From Amphiscolops sp. MND2022 (taxonomy: Eukaryota), in NCBI GenBank assembly GCA_964187785.1, contig OZ076409.1, forward strand, positions 24,678,001 to 24,738,000: a stretch of 60,000 nt of DNA, given 5' to 3'. The notes below the pieces were generated by a model, which did not search any database, was not told the DNA's origin, and saw nothing but the letters and a program-made list of their open reading frames with translations. Shown one piece after another: positions 51,319 to 60,000 of this stretch. Both the position numbers and the translations under genes were made by a program. Position 1 is the stretch's first letter. Every line of letters starts with the position of its first letter.

Positions 51319-51826
51319 AACAAGCCGAGAACGGCCAAAGTCGGCGCTACATCTAAGGCTCAAAAATGTAAAAGGGGGACCCTTCGGGCTTTGTGAAACT
51401 CCAGCTGGTTGCAAAATATGAAAAAAAAATTGAAGGGGGAGCCCTTTGGGGACTTGAAAAAATTTCCCAGAAAAATTTTTGAGTGTCACAGTGCCGAAAA
51501 ATGTAAAATTGGGGGCCCTTTGGAATTTTTTGACATCCATTGTGTTGCAAAATGTCGAAACAAATGAAGGGGACCATTTGCTGCAATCCAAAAAGTTTCA
51601 AAAAAAGTCGCATAGTGCCAAAAAAAGTGGGCTATGGGGGATCATTAGTGTGATTTCGAGGTTCTGGACGTCTGTTTTGTTTCTTCTTTTCGTTTTGGAC
51701 GCGCTTTTGAGGTTCGAGTTACTGAGGTTTGACGTTGTTGAACAAAAAAGTGGACCTTACGCGTCTAAAAAAACTACCCACTGTAAGAGTCCGGCACATT
51801 TTCTACTAAAATGCGCCGACTAAAAA
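51319..51826 (-). mobile_element. HINE-family copy nested in another HINE copy (host about 46150-46316 + 51000-51890)
   Basis: AACAAGCCGAGAACGGCCAAAGTCGGCGC ... GCGCCGACTAAAAA. The host's 3' end resumes at 51827-51890. Confidence 0.72.
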
Positions 51827-52454
51827 CTACGCTTTAGATAAAAATTTGAGCCTTAGATACAGCGCCGACTTTAGACGTTCCCGTCTTGTTCAAAAACGCC
51901 GACTAAAAAACTAGTTACAACCGTAAGGTTTTCGTCTTTTCATATTTCACAGACTAGATAAAGTTGAAACAAAATTTTGTTCTGTTTTACGAAATTAGAG
52001 TGACAAGTGTTGCCATGACATCACAATACATTTTCCTTTTGCATTCACAATATGTGAAAACTTACAATAGCTCAGGAATGATTTTCAGGTATTTCCGAGG
52101 ACTAAAATGATTTTTGACATCAGTTGTCTTGATTGTAAAGACAGAATGATGGATGTTCAGACATTTCTGTTCAACTTGGAGATGAATCAACTCACGGTTC
52201 AAGTTTTCATAGAAATCTAAAATTAAGGACAAATTGAAGCTAAGGCACAGACGAAATTCAATAATCTTTTGAAGAGTGATCCTTGCTAGCATTATTTCAA
52301 ATTTAAAATTTTGGCTCAGATTTTGGAGCATCGCACAAAAATACTCATAAAAACACACAATACTTGAACTAAAATTTGCTCAACAATATCAGACTTAGCT
52401 CGACTTCGGAACTTTTGGTTTAAGAAAAGCAATAAGTGGGAAAAAATAACTCAT

Positions 52455-52922
52455 CTCTCGTTCATCATTGAGGGATAACAGACTCTGAATACTAACGTCA
52501 ATGTCAGGAAAGTCGCCGAAGCTGTTAGATCTGCCTCTTCTTTCTCTTTCCCTGCAAATTGAAGGCAAATCTTGTTGCTCGGTTGTCCCGGCTTGTGACA
52601 TATATCCATTAGGGATCTTGGACAAGCCGGCTGCGTATGTCTGTGATAGAGACAACAAAGTCGTCTTCCGCGTGCCGTTTCTGGGAGAACTTTCAACATG
52701 CAAATTGGTCACACCATTCGCTTCAGCTTTGGCAGCGGGTGCATCTCTGATTGGTGAAATATCTGATTGGTCGAAACAGTCGTGCCCATTTTGGTTAAAG
52801 GAGTCTTGCTCTATTGGTGTGTCGCGAGTCTCATTCGACGTTTCGTGCAACGTTTCTTCTTCACTTGCATCCAAGATCGAAATGTTATTTTCACTGGTTA
52901 TCATTGTCATTGCTCGTGGTTT
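52455..52922 (-). CDS. Probable coding exon of an unidentified acidic/Ser-rich protein, possibly the same gene as 42590-42916
   Basis: Acceptor TTTTGTAG| at 52923 and an open frame MTMITSENNISILDASEEETLHET...RRGRSNSFGDFPDIDVSIQSLLSLNDERE. The donor position is uncertain. Confidence 0.6.
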
Positions 52923-53414
52923 CTACAAAACGTTGAAACATTCAGAACTTGATTTTTTTTCAAAAAAGGCTGAATAGAAAAACACCGAGGACAGCAAAAC
53001 GCGAAAGAGTGCATCTCATCAACAATCACATTGAGTTTGAAACCAGAAAAGCAAATGCAAACATCTGATAAATTAGAACTTGCAAATGAGCACATACCGC
53101 GACTAATTGCACGTTTCCCATTACCTTCCTGGTTGAAAAAATACAGCCAAGTAACTACTTTTCTGAGGATGATGAAAAAATGAAGTAAAGATAAGGATAA
53201 AGAAATAGTATAGTAGGCAATTATTATCATAATATCCGAAAAGTATATCCGAAAAGAAAAACAAAAGTATCAATAGTGTCCAAAACAAATGATATAATAA
53301 ATTTTAGACACTTTTCGACAGTATAATGTCCAGAGAGTATTTGGACAGATACACTTTGAGGTCATCGACCATTTTTCCACCATAATTTTTATTTAAACAG
53401 CGATACAAATTTTC

Positions 53415-53862
53415 GGGGGCACGACAATTCGTACACACAACATCTCGTACAAAAACCAAAACCAGACATTTCGTACAAAAGCGAAACCAGACATTTCGTA
53501 CAAAAACGAAACCAGACATTTCGTACAAAAATGAAATCCGATATTTCGTGCAATTTATATTATACAACTTATTATTATAACGTAGTCAGTTATGTTCACA
53601 TACCCCTAGTGCCCTAATTGCAGGAGCGAAGCGAAGCGGAGCGACGTGCCATTTGGCTATGCTTGAATGTTGCTACTTGGCGAAGGGAGCGAAGCGACCG
53701 AGCCATACAACATATATGCTAACCTCTTTAATTCAATCAAGTTCCATACATATTGGCTGTAACAGCACTGAAAGCTAGTATTTCTGTTGTTGGAGACCTA
53801 TTTTGCAAATCTGTTCAATTTAATTTTGTACGAAATGTCTTTTGTACGAATTGTCGTGGTGC
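53415..53862. mobile_element. Foldback/MITE-like element with ~26-bp tandem arms
   Basis: GCACGACAATTCGTAC.. / ..GTACGAATTGTCGTG inverted ends, with (AAACCAGACATTTCGTACAAAA) repeats. Confidence 0.65.
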
Positions 53863-54536
53863 AAAATTTTTGATCTCCAGCCACTGAAACTATTTACAGA
53901 TGAGTAATTCGGAGAATAGGAGAAGCTCGCTTCAAGTCCCAATAGCTTTTGACTACTAATACAGTCGAACTCGGATAAAAGAAGCATGGTTAGGAGAAAC
54001 TTATGGTTATAAGAAACGTCTTTATATTCCGCCGTTGGCGTTAATACTCGGAATAATTAACACTCGTTCGCGTTATCTCAATGACTCGGCGTACGAAAGC
54101 AAAAATATGAACATTCGCTCGCTTCATCTCAATGAATTCGGCGTACGAATGCAGAATTATCACTCTCTCGTTCCTTCGCACAAGAAACGAATTGTTGTCC
54201 ACAGCTTGAGAAATTTAAATCTCACGCTTATACTCACTCCCGAACAAAATATCTGAATTTTTCAGTAGGTACTCGGAATCGCTGACGAAAGCTGACTGGA
54301 AAAAGCCGCCAAGTTCAGATTTCATTATTTCTGCTATCGCAGAAATAATAAAAATTAGATGATTTTATTCTAAAACTCATTATTTCGAGTTTCAAATTGA
54401 AATATAAAATATAGTGAAATGAATTCAAGATGTCGGCTTTTGTCATGCTGACTTGATGGCGTGTCGTTTGTTTCATCACTTTGTCAACTCATCCTCAAAA
54501 TTATTGTTAATTGCTGCTATAGACTACTTTTTAATA

Positions 54537-54710
54537 CAGTGGAATCCGCCTAATTCGTATCGCTAGGGACCGAATAAAATACTACGAATAACGAGAAATA
54601 CGAATTAACTGGATGATTTTACTTTGGTCGTCCTGAAATGGGGGTCTCAAAGACGTACGAATTAAACGAAGATCAGAATTATCCGGATACGAATTAACCG
54701 GAGTTGACTG
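54537..54710. mobile_element. Tc1/mariner(pogo)-type MITE, 174 bp
   Basis: TA|CAGTGGAATCCGCCTAATTCGTATC ... GATACGAATTAACCGGAGTTGACTG|TA, i.e. imperfect TIRs with a TA TSD. Confidence 0.75.
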
Positions 54711-54810
54711 TATTGTCTTGAGAAAAAGTTTCGCAAACGAAAATTTACTAATTCAGAGAAAAACTTCCAAAATCACAGATTTTCTAAGATAACTTATACG
54801 CATATTCCAA

Positions 54811-55324
54811 CGGATGCGGGACAAAACAGCCGATTTTAAACCGAGACAAAAACAGCCGATTTTCAAAACAAGACAGAAAAACTTCCAAAATCACAGATTT
54901 TCTAAGATAACTTATACGCATATTTTCCAACGGATGCGGGACAAAACAGCCGATTTTAAACCGAGACAAAAACAGCCGATTTTCAAAACAAGACAAAAGC
55001 CGATTCTCAAAACGGGACAAAACAGCCGATTTTCAAAACGGAACAAAATCAGTGCTGTTACAGCCAATATGCATGGAACTAGATTTATTTGAAGAGGTTC
55101 ATATTTGTTGCATGGCTCGGTCGTTTCGCTCCCTTCGCCAAGTAGCAACATTGAGGCACGGCCATATGGCACGTCGCTCCGCTTCGCTTCGCTCCTGCAT
55201 TAAGGGCACTAAGGGTATGTGAACATAGCTGACTACGTTATAATTTTATTGACTGCTAATCTTACGCATTGACAAAATCGGCGATTTTGTCCCGTTTAAA
55301 ATCCGCTGTTTTGTCCCGCTCCCG
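54811..55324. mobile_element. Foldback/MITE-like element with GGGACAAAACAGCCGATTTT tandem arms (left end locally duplicated)
   Basis: GCGGGACAAAACAGCCGATTTT repeats are inverted to AAAATCGGCGATTTTGTCCCG..CTGTTTTGTCCCGC. Confidence 0.65.
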
Positions 55325-55811
55325 AATTTAATGCATCTACGTTTTCAAAAACAACCAAAAAATATTTTTTAAAAATCGATATAGTCAGCATTTAGAAAAC
55401 CTGATATTATTTTCAAAAGGATAGTTTGTGTGAGGGCTGGAAATGAGCATCGTGATGAGCTGATTGAATGCAATTAACTTTCTGACTCAATTCTGGCGTC
55501 AAAATGAAACTTATCAAGATCTGTTTAAAAATTTAATTATTGAGTAATTAAAACGGCGAACGCTGTTAATGCTAATCACGACAAAAATTTTGGATATGCT
55601 AATGTAACGAAATTTCCGCCTCTCCATTTCTCGAGGTAACTTTCTACTGATAAAAGAAAAGCAGCAAAGGATATAAGAAACCTACTATTTTCTCAGAAAC
55701 GTTAAATTGCCTTCAAAAGCACATGAATGAGTGCATCTTTATTCTTCAGATTCTACAATGCCACCAACAAGCATGGTCACGTATAGAAGTGTTACACCAA
55801 CACAAATCTTT

Positions 55812-58800
55812 AACAAGACGGGAACGTTTCAAGTCGGCGCTATATCTAAGGCTCAAAAAAAACCGAAGGGGGATCCTTTGGAGACATAAAAATTTCGAGA
55901 AAAAGTCGAACAGTGCCGAAAAAAAATCGAAAGGGAGGACCCTTTAGTCCCGTCCGGTTTTGTAGGTTACGTTTAAAAAGTAAAAAAAACCAAAGGAGGA
56001 CCCTTTGGAATAACTTAGTTGCGTTTCCCGGGTATTCGTTTAGTTTCCTTTAGTTGAACATTAACGCTCGTCGCTTCGAGTCTGTCTTAAAGAAAAAAAA
56101 CGAGTGGCTGTAATAGTCTGCTCTTTTCTTAAGAAAGCGCCGACTAAAAATACTTGCTGTTGACAACAGAGGCACTCACATTTTATACCAAATTGTCACA
56201 AATTATGATATTCACAAATCAATTTTGACAAAAAGTTTTCAAAAAAGATTACCATGAAAGCATTCCCCGTCGAACGAGAAAACGCAAATATCTCAAGGAA
56301 GGGTTACTGATAGAAGAAAATGGATATAAGAAACAGTTTTTTCACCGCCCTTTGATTTTTTTATCCGAGTTAGACTCATTAATCGAGAAAAAAGTCAAAC
56401 TATTCAGGACTAAGTATGGAACATGGAAGAAGAAACAATTGGAATGAATATCTATAGTAGCGTTCTACATTATTCGCTTGCTTGAAATAGCAAAATTCAA
56501 ATCCAGCTATCGTCATAGATTTCTCCTAATTCTACCGTAGTTTACAGAAATGTTGAAGAATTCAATTATTGCAGGTCGACGCTATATCTAAGACTCAAAT
56601 AAAATCGAAGGGGGATCCTTTGGAGACAAAAAAATTCGAGAAAAAGTCGCACAGTGCCGAAAAAAACCAAAAGGGAGCACCCTTTAATCCCGTCCGGTTT
56701 TGTAGGTTACGTTTAAAAAGTAAAAAACCAAAGCGGGACCCTTTGAAATAACTTAGTTGCGTTTCCCAAGTAATCGTTTAGTTTCCTTTAGTTGAACATT
56801 AACGCTCGTCGCTTCGAGTCTGGCTTAAAGAAAAAAACGAGTGGCTGTAATAGTCGGGCTCTTTTCTTAAGGAAGGCGCCGACTAAAAATACTTGCTGTT
56901 GGCAACAGAGGCACTCACATTTTATACCAAATTGTCACAAATTATGATATTCACAAATCAATTTTGACAAAAAGTTTTCAAAAAAGATTACCATGAAAGC
57001 ATTCCCCGTCGAACGAGAAAACGCAAATATCTCAAGGAAGGGTTACTGATAGAAGAAAATGGATATAAGAAACAGTTGTTTCACCGCCCTTTGATTTTCT
57101 TTATCCGAGTTAGACACATTAATCGAGAAAAAAGTCAAACTATTCAGGACTAAGTATGGAACATGGAAGAAGAAACAATTGGAATGAATATCTATAGTAG
57201 CGTTCTACATTATTCGCTTGCTTGAAATAGCAAAATTCAAATCCAGCTATCGTCATAGATTTCTCCTAATTCTACCGTAGTTTACAGAAATGTTGAAGAA
57301 TTCAATTATTGCAGGTCGACGCTATATCTAAGACTCAAATAAAATCGAAGGGGGATCCTTTGGAGACAAAAAAATTCGAGAAAAAGTCGCACAGTGCCGA
57401 AAAAAACCAAAAGGGAGCACCCTTTAATCCCGTCCGGTTTTGTAGGTTACGTTTAAAAAGTAAAAAACCAAAGCGGGACCCTTTGAAATAACTTAGTTGC
57501 GTTTCCCAAGTAATCGTTTAGTTTCCTTTAGTTGAACATTAACGCTCGTCGCTTCGAGTCTGGCTTAAAGAAAAAAACGAGTGGCTGTAATAGTCGGGCT
57601 CTTTTCTTAAGGAAGGCGCCGACTAAAAATACTTGCTGTTGGCAACAGAGGCACTCACATTTTATACCAAATTGTCACAAATTATGATATTCACAAATCA
57701 ATTTTGACAAAAAGTTTTCAAAAAAGATTACCATGAAAGCATTCCCCGTCGAACGAGAAAACGCAAATATCTCAAGGAAGGGTTACTGATAGAAGAAAAT
57801 GGATATAAGAAACAGTTGTTTCACCGCCCTTTGATTTTCTTTATCCGAGTTAGACACATTAATCGAGAAAAAAGTCAAACTATTCAGGACTAAGTATGGA
57901 ACATGGAAGAAGAAACAATTGGAATGAATATCTATAGTAGCGTTCTACATTATTCGCTTGCTTGAAATAGCAAAATTCAAATCCAGCTATCGTCATAGAT
58001 TTCTCCTAATTCTACCGTAGTTTACAGAAATGTTGGAGAATTCAATTATTGCAGGTCGACGCTATATCTAAGACTCAAATAAAATCGAAAGGGGATCCTT
58101 TGGAGACATAAAAATTTCGAGAAAAAGTCGAACAGTGCCGAAAAAAAATCGAAAGGGAGGACCCTTTAGTCCCGTCCGGTTTTGTAGGTTACGTTTAAAA
58201 AGTAAAAAAAACCAAAGGAGGACCCTTTGGAATAACTTAGTTGCGTTTCCCGGGTATTCGTTTAGTTTCCTTTAGTTGAACATTAACGCTCGTCGCTTCG
58301 AGTCTGTCTTAAAGAAAAAAAAACGAGTGGCTGTAATAGTCTGCTCTTTTCTTAAGAAAGCGCCGACTAAAAATACTTGCTGTTGACAACAGAGGCACTC
58401 ACATTTTATACCAAATTGTCACAAATTATGATATTCACAAATCAATTTTGACAAAAAGTTTTCAAAAAAGATTACCATGAAAGCATTCCCCGTCGAACGA
58501 GAAAACGCAAATATCTCAAGGAAGGGTTACTGATAGAAGAAAATGGATATAAGAAACAGTTTTTTCACCGCCCTTTGATTTTTTTATCCGAGTTAGACTC
58601 ATTAATCGAGAAAAAAGTCAAACTATTCAGGACTAAGTATGGAACATGGAAGAAGAAACAATTGGAATGAATATCTATAGTAGCGTTCTACATTATTCGC
58701 TTGCTTGAAATAGCAAAATTCAAATCCAGCTATCGTCATAGATTTCTCCTAATTCTACCGTAGTTTACAGAAATGTTGAAGAATTCAATTATTGCAGGTC

Positions 58801-60000
58801 GACGCTATATCTAAGACTCAAATAAAATCGAAGGGGGATCCTTTGGAGACAAAAAAATTCGAGAAAAAGTCGCACAGTGCCGAAAAAAACCAAAAGGGAG
58901 CACCCTTTAATCCCGTCCGGTTTTGTAGGTTACGTTTAAAAAGTAAAAAACCAAAGCGGGACCCTTTGAAATAACTTAGTTGCGTTTCCCAAGTAATCGT
59001 TTAGTTTCCTTTAGTTGAACATTAACGCTCGTCGCTTCGAGTCTGGCTTAAAGAAAAAAACGAGTGGCTGTAATAGTCGGGCTCTTTTCTTAAGGAAGGC
59101 GCCGACTAAAAATACTTGCTGTTGGCAACAGAGGCACTCACATTTTATACCAAATTGTCACAAATTATGATATTCACAAATCAATTTTGACAAAAAGTTT
59201 TCAAAAAAGATTACCATGAAAGCATTCCCCGTCGAACGAGAAAACGCAAATATCTCAAGGAAGGGTTACTGATAGAAGAAAATGGATATAAGAAACAGTT
59301 TTTTCACCGCCCTTTGATTTTTTTATCCGAGTTAGACTCATTAATCGAGAAAAAAGTCAAACTATTCAGGACTAAGTATGGAACATGGAAGAAGAAACAA
59401 TTGGAATGAATATCTATAGTAGCGTTCTACATTATTCGCTTGCTTGAAATAGCAAAATTCAAATCCAGCTATCGTCATAGATTTCTCCTAATTCTACCGT
59501 AGTTTACAGAAATGTTGAAGAATTCAATTATTGCAGGTCGACGCTATATCTAAGACTCAAATAAAATCGAAGGGGGATCCTTTGGAGACAAAAAAATTCG
59601 AGAAAAATTCGCACAGTGCCGAAAAAACCAAAAGGGAGCACCCTTTAATCCCGTCCGGTTTTGTAGGTTACGTTTAAAAAGTAAAAAACCAAAGCGGGAC
59701 CCTTTGAAATAACTTAGTTGCGTTTCCCAAGTAATCGTTTAGTTTCCTTTAGTTGAACATTAACGCTCGTCGCTTCGAGTCTGGCTTAAAGAAAAAAACG
59801 AGTGGCTGTAATAGTCGGGCTCTTTTCTTAAGGAAGGCGCCGACTAAAAATACTTGCTGTTGGCAACAGAGGCACTCACATTTTATACCAAATTGTCACA
59901 AATTATGATATTCACAAATCAATTTTGACAAAAAGTTTTCAAAAAAGATTACCATGAAAGCATTCCCCGTCGAACGAGAAAACGCAAATATCTCAAGGAA
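55812..60000. repeat. ~741-bp tandem array (at least 5.6 units), each unit a minus-strand HINE copy plus ~430 bp of flank
   Basis: GCTATATCTAAG recurs at about 55839, 56581, 57321, 58061, 58804, 59543. Units are near-identical and the array continues past the window end. Confidence 0.95.

Overview
Eukaryotic, AT-rich, intron-containing genomic DNA that looks like an invertebrate animal; there are no prokaryotic features. Host genes: a complete 18-coding-exon RSPH10B-like MORN-repeat radial-spoke gene on the minus strand (40737 to 24014, about 914 aa, one GC-AG intron); a probable spliced low-complexity gene (exons about 52922-52455 and 42916-42590, minus); and a signal-peptide first exon (2282-2450, plus). 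Most of the rest is mobile or repetitive DNA. A decayed full-length Ty3/Gypsy element (15375-19883, CAGAA TSD) is nested in the zinc knuckle of an older Gypsy gag. An internally deleted BEL/Pao element (46317-50999, TTTTA TSD, tRNA-Trp PBS) has LTRs carrying a tRNA-like module. A very abundant non-autonomous family has Helentron/DINE-1 (HINE) architecture, with an empty-site paralogue in the window. A second HINE-like element carries a ~181-bp satellite, and a ~741-bp HINE-containing tandem array with ABB higher-order structure runs off the right edge. MITE/foldback elements, a LINE 3' end and a Tc1-like fragment are also present. All calls are from reading the sequence by eye; no searches were run.
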